The notes under the pieces: model-generated
The model's input: only the letters and a program-made list of their open reading frames with translations
Told to the model about the DNA's origin: nothing
The model's database searches: none
Translations under genes and position numbers: made by a program
Assembly (NCBI GenBank): GCA_039189765.1
Contig: JBCCYL010000003.1
Span: 32,001-96,000, forward strand
Source of the DNA: Cyanobacteria bacterium P01_F01_bin.150
GTDB taxonomy: Bacteria > Cyanobacteriota > Cyanobacteriia > CAKZMO01
Direction: 5' to 3'
DNA: 64,000 nucleotides
In this document: piece by piece, positions 1 to 10,419 of the stretch
Numbering within the stretch: position 1 is the stretch's first letter
Layout: each line of letters starts with the position of its first letter

Positions 1-1
1 C

Positions 2-415
2 ATGGTAGACGTGCAGCGAGCGGCCACGGTTGCCGAGGCCCACGACTTTATCGTTCGCTTTCCCAATGGCTACAACACCATTGTTGGAGAACGAGGACAA
101 AAGCTATCCGGGGGCCAGCGGCAGCGATTGGCGATTGCCCGCGCTGTCCTCCGAAATCCCCCCATCCTAATTTTGGACGAAGCCACCTCAGCAGTGGACA
201 ATGAAACAGAGGTGGCGATTCAGCGATCGCTCAACCGCATTACCCAGGACCGAACGACCATTGCGATCGCCCATCGCCTATCGACCATTCGCCATGCAGA
301 CTGCATCTACGTGATGGAATACGGCAAAATTGTGGAACAGGGCACCCATGAGGAGCTGCTGGACCAAAACGGAGTATATGCCGGACTGTGGAATGTTCAA
401 CTGGGAAACGTATAA
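2..415 (+). CDS. ABC transporter ATP-binding/permease protein, C-terminal NBD (5' part outside window)
   Basis: LSGGQRQR signature, [12 protein letters not shown]alker B, IAHRLST H-loop. Confidence 0.93.
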   Translation: MVDVQRAATVAEAHDFIVRFPNGYNTIVGERGQKLSGGQRQRLAIARAVLRNPPILILDEATSAVDNETEVAIQRSLNRITQDRTTIAIAHRLSTIRHADCIYVMEYGKIVEQGTHEELLDQNGVYAGLWNVQLGNV

Positions 416-418
416 AGG

Positions 419-2410
419 ATGAAAATCGAGTATGAAATCCAGCTTCAAGATATCCAAAGCTGGGTAGAATTCTGTACTAATTTGTCTGAGATAAAAGCAA
501 CTATCAAGTTTAGGCCACAGGCCATTTTTTTCCTTAAAGCCTGGCTTGGAATCAATATAGCAACGATTGTATTGAAGATTGTTTTTGCCTCCATATCGTT
601 GATTACTCTTATAGTAGTCTATATCATTTTAGTTCTCTTACTAGCGTTTTTTTACAGTACCCTTTCCATCTCTAAAAATTCTATACTTGACACGATTAAA
701 AATAAAACACGTCAATCAAATCATTATCATTGGTTAGGGCCAAGACAACTTACCTTCTCCAACACAGCCATCTCAGAAAAGATTGATGGCGTATTTTACT
801 GGTATTTTTGGGAGGATATTCAAGACATTATTAGAACCCGCAATCATTTATTCTTAATCGGAGAGAAGATACCTCAGTTTTTTAGCATTATTCCTCTTCG
901 TGAATTGCGTAAGACTTCCCAAGGAGAAAAGATAGTAGATCTGATTATACAAAAATGCCCAAAACCCTATATTTTTTTCCAATCTCCTTCATCCAAGAAA
1001 TCTGCCAACCCTAGTTTAAAGACAAATATTACCTATGCTGATGTTGCGTGGCTCTGGCACACAAACCTTTTAAAATTTTGGATAGAATGTGTCCATCGAT
1101 CAAATGCCAATAACCAACCAGACCTTAGTCTACTGCAAATCAGTAGAGCAACATTTATAGATGCCAGCATTCCTGGTAATTGGGCTGAACGAGCAAGATT
1201 ACTGCATAGTTTAGGGCGATATCCTGAATCCTTAATCTGCTGTCGAAAAGTCTTAGAACTATTTACTCATCAGTATAATATCGCAGGTCAAAAAATATTT
1301 AAAGAAAATAATGAACTGCACGTTGCATTACAAATTGCGATTTCAACTCGTGCAAGTATTCTAGCAACCTTAAATAGACGAGAAGAGGCTATTGACAGAT
1401 TTAACTACTCTCTAGAACTCAGAGAAAAGGTAGAAGAGGGTTCTGAAAAACAAATTGAGCAATCAGTCTCAAAAGTACTCACTTATTTCTGTAAACTGAG
1501 CCTTTTATCTAGCTTAAATAAAGCGAATGCTGCCTTAGATTTATGTGAAACGATAATATCAGAAAGTACTTCAACACCCTATCTACAATCAGCATGGATG
1601 TCGAAAGGTAATTTGCTCTTTATTCTTAAAAAATATGATGAAGCAATTGATAGCTATGTTAAGGTATTAGAAATTGATTCAAAGTTGATTTCAGCACATT
1701 ATGCAATTGCATGTTGCCAGTTATTTATAGAAAATATAGAGTCTTGCGTCAAGAGCTTAAAAAAAATTATTTCTCTAGATCCTGATTATAAAGAGTTCAT
1801 TTTATTAGATCCAGATTTACAGAAGGTTTACCATAGTTTAGATATCCAGGATAGACAGGTATCTGAAGAGACGTCGAAACCGTCAACCTCGTCTGTTACA
1901 CCAGGCTATCAAACGAAAGACCCCTCGCTTCATCAATTAAAATTTCGACGTGCAACGTCCAATGACCACGTTGCTATTGTGAAGCTTCAAACGCAAGTAC
2001 TCAGAAAAGTTTGTTCTGCCCATTATTCTCCAACACAGGTTGCCTCTTTAGTTCGAGGTCAAAAGCAAGGGCGAGTTCAAGATAACAATGAAACTATCTT
2101 TATTGCCCAAGATGATAATGATCGCCCGATCGGATTTGCAACTTTAATGTCCGCACAGCCCTTTATTGGAGGGGTTTATGTTCACCCAGATTGTCTTCGT
2201 CGGGAAATAGGGTCAGTTTTACTGAAAAAAATTGAGCAAACAGCTTTGAAAAAGCGATGTCCAGATCTTTACGTATTGGCAAGTCTAACTGCGTACCCGT
2301 TTTTCCAACGTAACGGATATCGAGAAATGCAAAAGACTGGTTTTTGGTCAGAAGGTCGAATATGGGTTCCCTGCGTCATGATGGAAAAAAGTCTGGTTCC
2401 TCTTAAATAG
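419..2410 (+). CDS. Multidomain protein: N-terminal 2-TM/YcxB-like region, TPR repeats, C-terminal GNAT acetyltransferase
   Basis: Hydrophobic helices at aa ~35-85; TPR motif AWMSKGNLLFILKKYDEAIDSYVKVLEIDS; GNAT motifs VYVHPDCLRREIG and AYPFFQRNGY. Confidence 0.7.
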   Translation: MKIEYEIQLQDIQSWVEFCTNLSEIKATIKFRPQAIFFLKAWLGINIATIVLKIVFASISLITLIVVYIILVLLLAFFYSTLSISKNSILDTIKNKTRQSNHYHWLGPRQLTFSNTAISEKIDGVFYWYFWEDIQDIIRTRNHLFLIGEKIPQFFSIIPLRELRKTSQGEKIVDLIIQKCPKPYIFFQSPSSKKSANPSLKTNITYADVAWLWHTNLLKFWIECVHRSNANNQPDLSLLQISRATFIDASIPGNWAERARLLHSLGRYPESLICCRKVLELFTHQYNIAGQKIFKENNELHVALQIAISTRASILATLNRREEAIDRFNYSLELREKVEEGSEKQIEQSVSKVLTYFCKLSLLSSLNKANAALDLCETIISESTSTPYLQSAWMSKGNLLFILKKYDEAIDSYVKVLEIDSKLISAHYAIACCQLFIENIESCVKSLKKIISLDPDYKEFILLDPDLQKVYHSLDIQDRQVSEETSKPSTSSVTPGYQTKDPSLHQLKFRRATSNDHVAIVKLQTQVLRKVCSAHYSPTQVASLVRGQKQGRVQDNNETIFIAQDDNDRPIGFATLMSAQPFIGGVYVHPDCLRREIGSVLLKKIEQTALKKRCPDLYVLASLTAYPFFQRNGYREMQKTGFWSEGRIWVPCVMMEKSLVPLK

Positions 2411-2487
2411 AGGATTGGAAAGCAGCGATATCGGTTACATTATAATCGGTGAGATAATCAACGTCCGATGGGTGACACGCTGTTTTT

Positions 2488-3141
2488 ATGACACCTTTAG
2501 ATGCACTACTTTTAGTCCTGTATGTCCTGATTGTGTATCAAGTCCTTACAGGAGCGATCGCCAAGCTGGATAAACGGGCTAAGGTCAATCTGAGTGAGGA
2601 TAAACTCAAGGCCGATCTTGAGGCTCGTAATTTGCAGGATATGGTTAAATTTAAGTTTAAGTTTGAGAAAACTTATTCCTTAAGCGATAGCCTCAAGAAG
2701 CTATCCATTACTGTTACGAATAAGTCAAATGATACGCTCTATGTTGACTGGGACCGCAGTTCTTTGACCAACTTTAAGGAGCGATCGCGCCGCGTCATTC
2801 GTCTCACCCCTAATAAACGGCCCGATCTAATCCGCGCCCAAGTCGTAAGTGCCATTTCTCCTATGCGACAGATTGAGGAAGAGATCACCGCTGAAGACGT
2901 ATTTAACCAGGAAGCTGAATCCGCTTCTCTGGATCTCGGCGGGGTTATTGTCCCCGTTGAACGACCCAAGCCGAAGAAGGGGCAACCGGAGCCAAAAGGC
3001 CCCCCCACGTTCTACCTTTACCTTTGGGTGGAAGGAAAATTGACGAATGAGGATGAAGGCAGTTCTCAAGAATTTCGACATCTTATCCCTTTCGAATTTA
3101 TTATCAGTAAGCGACCCTGGACTGACGCGCTGCCGTGGTGA
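2488..3141 (+). CDS. Hypothetical protein with N-terminal membrane anchor
   Basis: 217-aa ORF with hydrophobic N-terminus; no recognised motif. Confidence 0.65.
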   Translation: MTPLDALLLVLYVLIVYQVLTGAIAKLDKRAKVNLSEDKLKADLEARNLQDMVKFKFKFEKTYSLSDSLKKLSITVTNKSNDTLYVDWDRSSLTNFKERSRRVIRLTPNKRPDLIRAQVVSAISPMRQIEEEITAEDVFNQEAESASLDLGGVIVPVERPKPKKGQPEPKGPPTFYLYLWVEGKLTNEDEGSSQEFRHLIPFEFIISKRPWTDALPW

Positions 3142-3292
3142 TCGTCAGTAAAACGCGGTAGTAAAACGAGTTAGGCCATAGGATGTCTGAAGCGATCGCC
3201 AGCACATTGGTGCCGATATAATAAGGCAGCACCAAAATACAGGTTATGTTGACTGACAAAAGTCCTGAAAATCCTGATTTCTTGTTCATACT

Positions 3293-3416
3293 CCTAGCAA
3301 CTGGAAGTTGCGGCTACACAAACAAAGTCCACCGCCGTGGACTAGGTATATTAATGCTTCTGGTAACCCGCGTAGGCGGGTTTTGTTTGTGTAGCCGCAG
3401 TTTCTAACTGCCCAGG
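3293..3416. repeat. REP/MITE-like palindromic element with two internal hairpins
   Basis: TGCGGCTACACAAACAAA (3309-3326) is the exact inverse of TTTGTTTGTGTAGCCGCA (3382-3399); inner hairpins AGTCCAC..GTGGACT and ACCCGC-GTAG-GCGGGT. Confidence 0.8.
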
Positions 3417-3540
3417 TTTAAATTTTTGTCAGGCAACCAGGGCTTCAATTCCAAGCGGATGCAGATCTGAACCAGGATATCGTCACAGGGATGGGGCAAC
3501 GATTCACCACGTTAAGAATTCAGGAAACATGCTGTGCATC

Positions 3541-4077
3541 TTAGAAAACAAGCACTTCAGCACTAGGATAGCCCAGCGAAATTGGTGCAGAGGCCCAATT
3601 ATAGAAATCGGGAGCTAACTTAATCAGCTTTTTGATGATGTCGTCGTTTACCCACAGAACAATGGGGAACGAAAAGTTCTGCTGAAACTCATTGCGAGTC
3701 TGGTTAATGGATATCAGCAGCTCATCCAGATGCGTGACGTTATTTAGACCCAAGATAAAAAGACAGAAAGATGCATCAGCATCACACGCAGATTGACTCT
3801 TTCTAACGAGCGAATAAAGCTGTTGTGTGTTGTTCGGCAGCTCTAGCACTTCAGGGGCAAGATTGTAGCGATCTCGTAAGAGTCTTAAGGCGAGGGATTG
3901 GGGGTAGGCGCGATCGCACCGCACAAACGTCAATGAAAAGCGATGTTTTGACAGGGAAATCGAACGAGCCAAAGTTTTTAAGGCGCGATCGTCCCGCGTA
4001 GTACACAAAGAATTATGGAATTGCGACATAGAACTAGCTTGGTGAGATGCGTCTCCCAATTCGGAGAATATATTCAT
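3541..4077 (-). CDS. Stand-alone copy of the N-terminal domain of the ATPase-partner proteins (degenerate P-loop-like domain)
   Basis: Aligns by eye with aa 1-155 of 5113..8484: LKTLARSISL..FVRC, INQTRNEFQQNFSFPIVLW, APDFYNWA; start uncertain (4077 or 4029). Confidence 0.7.
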   Translation of the reverse strand: MNIFSELGDASHQASSMSQFHNSLCTTRDDRALKTLARSISLSKHRFSLTFVRCDRAYPQSLALRLLRDRYNLAPEVLELPNNTQQLYSLVRKSQSACDADASFCLFILGLNNVTHLDELLISINQTRNEFQQNFSFPIVLWVNDDIIKKLIKLAPDFYNWASAPISLGYPSAEVLVF

Positions 4078-4616
4078 TGTTCCCGTGTGTGTGAATGCAC
4101 TATACCCATCCTTTTCAAGGGGACAGCCCACCAATCAGAATCATTTTCCGACTGACGACCAAAAAGATGGAGCTTATCCAACACACAAACTAGATGCCAC
4201 AAATCTCTGATGGATGATCTGACGAACAGATCAATGAATAAGTGCCAGCATTGTCATGACCTTCCAACTAAAGATGCTGACTTAGCAATTATCACTCTGA
4301 CAACACATCGAAATGCAAAAGAAGCACTTGCACCCATTGCAGACAATACAGACAGAATACAATCTGTGCTTTAGATCACTCAATAAGTGTGATCTAGTAA
4401 AGACTCTCACAAACCTGAGGCTCTTTACTGGATGCCTTTATGATTCGTAACAATACAGAAAAAATGACATAGATAGGGAGGGGGCTTAGATTTTGCCGAG
4501 GTCAACATAATGCATTGAGTTACAGAAATGATGGCTACCAGCGAAAAAATCAAAAACTTAGTTGATGTTCCGGATAAAAAATTCCAGAAGAGAACAACTA
4601 AACGTACACCGTTTAG

Positions 4617-5099
4617 TTGTTCTTTTCACAGCTCCCTATGTTTAATAAAATCAACAGATTAATACAAAAAAGATTTTTTCCTGTTTCATTGTTGCTCATT
4701 TGCATAGCGACAACCCCTGTACTGGCTCAAGACACTAATTCTGCTCACCAAAGCTCCAAAGAAGTGCAAGAATTAGTACAATACAATGCTCTTAAGAACC
4801 AAAACAATACATCACAGGAATGTTTAAGAAAAGATGACCTAAACAAAGATTTTCTTGAGCATATCATTAGTACTGGATACTCTGTACAATCAGATACTGG
4901 ATATATTTTACAAGCATCTACAGAAGAGAACCCAATTAGAGAATATACGATTCTTGATGACTCAACAGGAATAAGGGCCAGAAGATGGAATGAGTCATCG
5001 CATCAATGGGACTGTTGTCCTAAAACAAAAGCTAATTTTCCAATCATTGGAGGTTTATTTCGCGAATATATAAGTTGTGATCCACCTCTACAAAATTAA
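4617..5099 (+). CDS. Hypothetical secreted protein, AT-rich
   Basis: Signal-peptide-like SLLLICIATTPVLAQ; true start may be downstream (MFNK). Confidence 0.55.
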   Translation: MFFSQLPMFNKINRLIQKRFFPVSLLLICIATTPVLAQDTNSAHQSSKEVQELVQYNALKNQNNTSQECLRKDDLNKDFLEHIISTGYSVQSDTGYILQASTEENPIREYTILDDSTGIRARRWNESSHQWDCCPKTKANFPIIGGLFREYISCDPPLQN

Positions 5100-5112
5100 A
5101 GTAGTTGGAATG

Positions 5113-8100
5113 TTATTCCAGCTTATAAGAAACAGTGCAGCTCTCTTGAAAATTAAACTTATTTAATATTTTATCATCAGAATTTATCACCTGACAATAA
5201 GATTTTAACCAATTCTGAGTAAGGTTGTTTAACTCATCTGAGCTTAAGTTTTCTAGTTGATTATCATTCAAATATTCAGGAAAATGGACTTGGTTAAGTG
5301 TTGAGGATTTACTGGAATTTAATGGTTCGTCTTTAAGCATTGATTGAAACGCTTTAACGATTTTTATTTTGATGATATCCTCTTTATAGCCCTCGTCTTG
5401 AATTCCCAATAGCTGTCCTGCTCGGATTATGGAAATCGCAGCTAAATCTTCAGCTTCATGTTTTAAAATCGGATCGGGGTTCAGTTTTTTCTCAGCGTCT
5501 CTTAAGTAAAAGAGGATTATGCTATTTATCTGATCATTCCTTGCTTTCTTGAAAAGTGCAAGGTTGTGTTTATTGACAGAACGTGAGTATATAAATATTC
5601 CTAGGAATACAGCTATTGAAACTAGCGATAGGGTTAAAATTACTATCTTCTGGTGTAGTCTTCTTTCAACCAGTGCTCTCTCAAGCTTTTCTTTCTCTGC
5701 TTGATAGTTCTCTTTCTCAAGCTTTTTTTCTAGCTCTATAATCTTTATTTTCTCTTTAGTGCGAGAATGCAGTTTTCGTTCCCTTTTTAGTTCATCTACG
5801 ATATTTCTGATAAAAGTTCTCTTAGAACGAATAAAAGTCACGAGATAGTCATGAATTAGCTGATATCTGTTGGTTGGAGCTTCGGGAATTAAAAATATTA
5901 AGCCAGCTTTTTGAAAAATGTATAAAATTAATTCAATCTGAACTATCTCTTGTACAAGTTTTTGCTCCAAATTTTCAATTTCAGTTTCGATTTCATGACG
6001 TGTTTTAGGCGGTCGTGTATTATTTTCATCAGTAAGAACATATAAGATTAAATTTGCAGCTCTTTTATTTTCAGAACCGCAATCTTGAATTATACTTTCA
6101 AGATACTTCTGAACTAGAATATTTATCTGTTTTTTACCAACAGTCCTATAGATATTTAAGTTAACTATTCCTTCACTTTGAAGCTGGAAACCAACCACTT
6201 GAAGTTCAATAGGTTTGACTTCTCCATTAACCGTTAAGTTTTGAACGATGCGATCGCGCAACTCCTCTTCCATATAAAACTGAGCGCGTTCAGTGAGCTT
6301 ATCTAGAATAGCCTTAGCATCTTCGGGAGTAAAATTACCTAGGGGATAGCGATGCTCTTGACTAAGGATATTTTTATAGAGTTGAATTTGGCCTTCTGTG
6401 GGAGTAGGGGCATAGCGTTCCCATTCCAGCAAATAGTGGAGATAGTCTTCTCGAAGGGATAAAATCACATTAACGTGAAGAATATTGAGACATTGGCTCA
6501 GAAAACTAAAAAAGGTTTGACGTTCGCTAATTTCCCGGCAGTTAAAGAAGAACTCTTCAAACTGGTCAAAAATAAGAACTGTTACCAGATTAGAGCGAGA
6601 ATTTGCCTGAAGCTGAGTCAAAATAGTATCCGCAGACTGTGGCGTAGATACTGCTTGGTCTGGATTTTGTTGAAGCTGGCTTGCTAATTTTTCTCCTAAC
6701 TTTTCGGCCCACTGACAATTAGTATAGGTTCGGGTCATTACCGATAGAATTTTTCGGGTTTCGATGCGTTTGGATTGCAGCGTTGGGATTAATCCTGCTT
6801 GGAGGATGGAGCTTTTGCCAACGCCCAAAGGACCGTGAAGAATGGTTAGTCGGCATTGTTTATCTACAATTCGTTCCCATAGAGCATCCACATCGCGTTG
6901 GCGTCCGGATACGGCAATTTCTGGGGATACTTCAATGGCTTGTCCATCGGCAGATTCTTTGGGCTGCAGGCGTCCGGCACCAATAAAGGCTTGAAATCCG
7001 TATTGATTTTGGAGCTGGTTTTTCTTGCGCTTACACTCAAACGCTTCACGGTAATTCTTTTGCTGAAAATAGATTTCCCGGAGCTGGTCTAAAATGCCGA
7101 TATATAGTTGGGGGTTCTCGGCTTTGGAACCATAGTCGAGGGTCGTACGCAAATGCTGCTTGGCGGCATCGGTATTGCCAAGATGGTAATCCGCTTGGGC
7201 CAGCAGTGATAGAAAGAGACTGCAATCTAGACAAGGCTGGGGCAGACGGTCGACGATCGCCAACGCCTCCTCTACATGAGTTTTAGCCTGTTGATACGCT
7301 TGCTGCTGCAAAGCCAACTCTGCCTTAAAACTGTAATCCCTTGCCCTTTCTAGGGCATAGATATCGCGTCCTTGTGTATCCGACTGATGCAAATCCAGCG
7401 CTTCTCGAACAAGGATGTCCAAATCATCCCACTGCTGTAGACGTTTGAGGGTTTCACTCAAATAACCAATAAAGCGGGCCTTGAGGTCCAAGCGATCGCC
7501 CCCCTCAAACCCAGCCAGAGCCTCCCGAAAATAGTCTGCTGCATCCTGCCAGTGATCCTCTTGGTGAGCGCGATCGCCCTCCGCTTTACGCCAATAGCAA
7601 AGGCCCAGGTGTATGCCAAGAAATCCTGCACGGATAGGTTGCGGTTGGGTTTGCCAAATGTCCAGGCTTTTTTGGTAGTGTGCGATCGCCTGATCAAGGG
7701 TGCGTTGTGTCTCACGATCGTACCCCCAAGAGGTCCGCGCTATTTTACGAAAATAGTCCCGTCCCCAAAGCAAATCTAAGTTCGCCTTTAATTCAGGTTG
7801 CAAGTCATAGGCATGGGTGTCCAAATCCTGCTGGAGGGACTTTAATTCCCAAGACTGTAGGGGAAAAAGGGCAGCATCACCCACGGAAGTACCATCAGCA
7901 TCGACAATATGAGACTGGAGACCCTGGGGAAATAGGGGCCGATGGGATTGCAGTAGCGTTGCCCATAGCCGCTCTGTCTGGTCAGTTAGCCCATGCAAAA
8001 GATCCTCTCTCGACGGCACAAAAGAGCTGGGGCTAGCGGCCCAGTTATAGAAATCTGGGGCGCGTCTAATCATCAGCGGTAAGACATCATCCGTCATCCA

Positions 8101-8484
8101 CAGCAGCATCAGAAAGGGAAACCGTTGATGAAACGCATCACGAACTTGATTGGTCGCAGAGAACAATCCCTCTAGATCTGCTACCTGCTCAAATCCATGA
8201 ATACTGAGGACTCGTAACTCTGCCCGTTCTGCGGTGCTAAAAGTAGTTTCGATGGCATCTACCAAGGTTAAGGTGTCTGCTTTTAGTGTCAGCGATTGAA
8301 TCGGCAACGAACAGGTTTGTCGCAGATGGGTCATTACCCGCTGACGAAGGTCGTTATAGTTGCAACGTACAAGCTTTAGGGCAAATTCTTGCTCATTTAA
8401 TAGGCTAACCGAACGGATCAAGCTACGGAGCGATCGCTCGTTTTCACCAGAGAACTCTAGGGGGGAAGGGCGATCGCTTATCAT
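5113..8484 (-). CDS. Degenerate N-terminal domain + TPR + nSTAND1-type NTPase + coiled coil + TM helix; no WD40 array
   Basis: Walker A GPLGVGKSS, Walker B VLIFDQFEEFF, ILSLREDYL and YQLIHDYL motifs; TPR helices; TM IVILTLSLVSIAVFLGIFIY; ATGA overlap with upstream ATPase. Confidence 0.8.
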   Translation of the reverse strand: MISDRPSPLEFSGENERSLRSLIRSVSLLNEQEFALKLVRCNYNDLRQRVMTHLRQTCSLPIQSLTLKADTLTLVDAIETTFSTAERAELRVLSIHGFEQVADLEGLFSATNQVRDAFHQRFPFLMLLWMTDDVLPLMIRRAPDFYNWAASPSSFVPSREDLLHGLTDQTERLWATLLQSHRPLFPQGLQSHIVDADGTSVGDAALFPLQSWELKSLQQDLDTHAYDLQPELKANLDLLWGRDYFRKIARTSWGYDRETQRTLDQAIAHYQKSLDIWQTQPQPIRAGFLGIHLGLCYWRKAEGDRAHQEDHWQDAADYFREALAGFEGGDRLDLKARFIGYLSETLKRLQQWDDLDILVREALDLHQSDTQGRDIYALERARDYSFKAELALQQQAYQQAKTHVEEALAIVDRLPQPCLDCSLFLSLLAQADYHLGNTDAAKQHLRTTLDYGSKAENPQLYIGILDQLREIYFQQKNYREAFECKRKKNQLQNQYGFQAFIGAGRLQPKESADGQAIEVSPEIAVSGRQRDVDALWERIVDKQCRLTILHGPLGVGKSSILQAGLIPTLQSKRIETRKILSVMTRTYTNCQWAEKLGEKLASQLQQNPDQAVSTPQSADTILTQLQANSRSNLVTVLIFDQFEEFFFNCREISERQTFFSFLSQCLNILHVNVILSLREDYLHYLLEWERYAPTPTEGQIQLYKNILSQEHRYPLGNFTPEDAKAILDKLTERAQFYMEEELRDRIVQNLTVNGEVKPIELQVVGFQLQSEGIVNLNIYRTVGKKQINILVQKYLESIIQDCGSENKRAANLILYVLTDENNTRPPKTRHEIETEIENLEQKLVQEIVQIELILYIFQKAGLIFLIPEAPTNRYQLIHDYLVTFIRSKRTFIRNIVDELKRERKLHSRTKEKIKIIELEKKLEKENYQAEKEKLERALVERRLHQKIVILTLSLVSIAVFLGIFIYSRSVNKHNLALFKKARNDQINSIILFYLRDAEKKLNPDPILKHEAEDLAAISIIRAGQLLGIQDEGYKEDIIKIKIVKAFQSMLKDEPLNSSKSSTLNQVHFPEYLNDNQLENLSSDELNNLTQNWLKSYCQVINSDDKILNKFNFQESCTVSYKLE

Positions 8485-9899
8485 AATTGCCCCCGAAATT
8501 GCTGCCCCCGAAACTGTTTTGTTTCCTGGAGGGCTGGATTAACTTCGAACCATCGTCCCTCTTGAGGATCGTCATACTCAAATACAAAGAGACTCCGCAA
8601 CAGCATTTGATGGGCTTTTTCCCCGCTGACCCGCTTTTGTTGGGCTACCTGCTGAATTAACTCCCACTCATGGTCTTCCACCGCAAGACTAAGGCTGTCG
8701 CGATATTCTCGAATGGCCCGCTCTAAGCAGTCACGGGTAATGGGTGGGTCATCTTCCTCCAAACAGCGATGCAAAATGCTTAACAGATTACGGCTATGAC
8801 CTCCGGCAATGCGACACAGTCGCTCCAGGGTATCCGGTGAGTCAAACACCTGATCGACAAAATCTAACCGCTGTTCTGGGGGGGCGTCTGGAAACGCCCG
8901 TGCCATTACCATCTGTTTCAGGAGCTGGATACCCTCGCCGTAATCGCTACCATCCATTTTATAAATGGGGACCATGGGCAGGCGCTTTACGTCGTTTCCC
9001 CCGCCCAGACGATTTTTTAAGTACTCTGCATCATTGGAAAAGGCCAAAACAAGGGGAATGGTGTAAATCACATGGCAATCAAGCTGGCGGAGCTGATCGC
9101 CTCGGTCTACAAATAAATACTCTGGCAAGGTGCGCTTGCTGCCGTCTTTCTGGCGATTATCTACTCGGTCTAAATTATCGACAATCACTACCAGCCCTTC
9201 TTTTCCCTGATCCCGTAGCTGTTTCTGGGCAGGTTCCAATAGCTCTTTGTTAATCACCTCTAAAATAGTCTTGACCCGAGGTTCAAGATGCTGGGAAAGG
9301 AGCGATCGCACATTTTCACTATTTCTAGCAGTACTCGTTAATTCACCGAGGCCAAAGGCAATGGAATAGCTATCATTATCTCGCTTGATTCCGAACTCTT
9401 TTTTTAGCTTTATCCCCGTTCCGGCAACTTCAACGTCTGGAGCCTGAAAAGTAAGCCCCGTAACTTCAGAGGTTAGTAAGGCCTTGGCTTCATTGATAAT
9501 TTTGAGAAAGCGAGTGGGCTGGAGCTGAATCTTAAACGGCTCTAGACTCAGAGCGATTTGACGGGCGATCGCCAACAAAATATCGCTGATATCCACGTTC
9601 GCCATATCCAAATCTTCAGTGGAGGCAAAATAAACCACATGGAAGCCTTGGTCTTCCAGTTCCGCCTGGAGTCGCCGTAGTTCGGTGGATTTGCCACAGC
9701 CAATATGTCCCGTAAAGAGTTGGCAGGTGGGTTCACCCAGCTGCGATCGGTTGAGGATAGTGCGCTCTAGGCGCTTAATAATTTTGCCGCCTCTCACGGA
9801 GGCAAAGTCTATATAATACTTCCGGTCTTCAGGCTTACTGATTTGCAACGTGCGACTAGGATCACACGCATGAAAAAATTTGATGGGGTCGAGTTGCAT
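8481..9899 (-). CDS. P-loop ATPase (cyanobacterial AAA/STAND-related ATP-binding protein)
   Basis: Walker A GHIGCGKST, Walker B VVIVDNLD, GGHSRNL; ATG at 9899. Confidence 0.85.
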   Translation of the reverse strand: MQLDPIKFFHACDPSRTLQISKPEDRKYYIDFASVRGGKIIKRLERTILNRSQLGEPTCQLFTGHIGCGKSTELRRLQAELEDQGFHVVYFASTEDLDMANVDISDILLAIARQIALSLEPFKIQLQPTRFLKIINEAKALLTSEVTGLTFQAPDVEVAGTGIKLKKEFGIKRDNDSYSIAFGLGELTSTARNSENVRSLLSQHLEPRVKTILEVINKELLEPAQKQLRDQGKEGLVVIVDNLDRVDNRQKDGSKRTLPEYLFVDRGDQLRQLDCHVIYTIPLVLAFSNDAEYLKNRLGGGNDVKRLPMVPIYKMDGSDYGEGIQLLKQMVMARAFPDAPPEQRLDFVDQVFDSPDTLERLCRIAGGHSRNLLSILHRCLEEDDPPITRDCLERAIREYRDSLSLAVEDHEWELIQQVAQQKRVSGEKAHQMLLRSLFVFEYDDPQEGRWFEVNPALQETKQFRGQQFRGQL

Positions 9900-10419
9900 G
9901 GTAGATGCCGGGGCAGAAGTGACAATCAAAGGAACTATTTAAAATAGTTATACCCCTACCACCAAGGAAAAATCTACTGATTCCCCTGAAAAACTACACT
10001 TTCGTTACAGTAAAATGCCCAACAAAGACTTTCTATTTCATCGCGAGATGCTAGAAAATAGAAATTTGAGGGTACGGTAGCAACAATGCGATGATAGCCC
10101 CGACACTACAATAGCGGATGTACAGAGGTGGCACTTCGGCGATCGCTAGAATAGTTGCAGCTCAATGAATCCTTTCAGTTTAAAATTGGCGAAACAACCA
10201 AAGTTTGACAGGTGGCACACTGCTCTTATGACACCCTTAGGCCCATCGAGCGATATTCTTCATCGTGACTCGACCACTCATCGCAAGATGGTGCTAATGA
10301 CGACAATGAGGCACTTAATCGTTGTCTCATCAAGCGTAAACATCAGGCATTGGAGCAGTGATAAGATATCATAACTGGGATTTTGGTTGGTGCTGCGTTT
10401 TGCTTTACATTCAGTTTCT

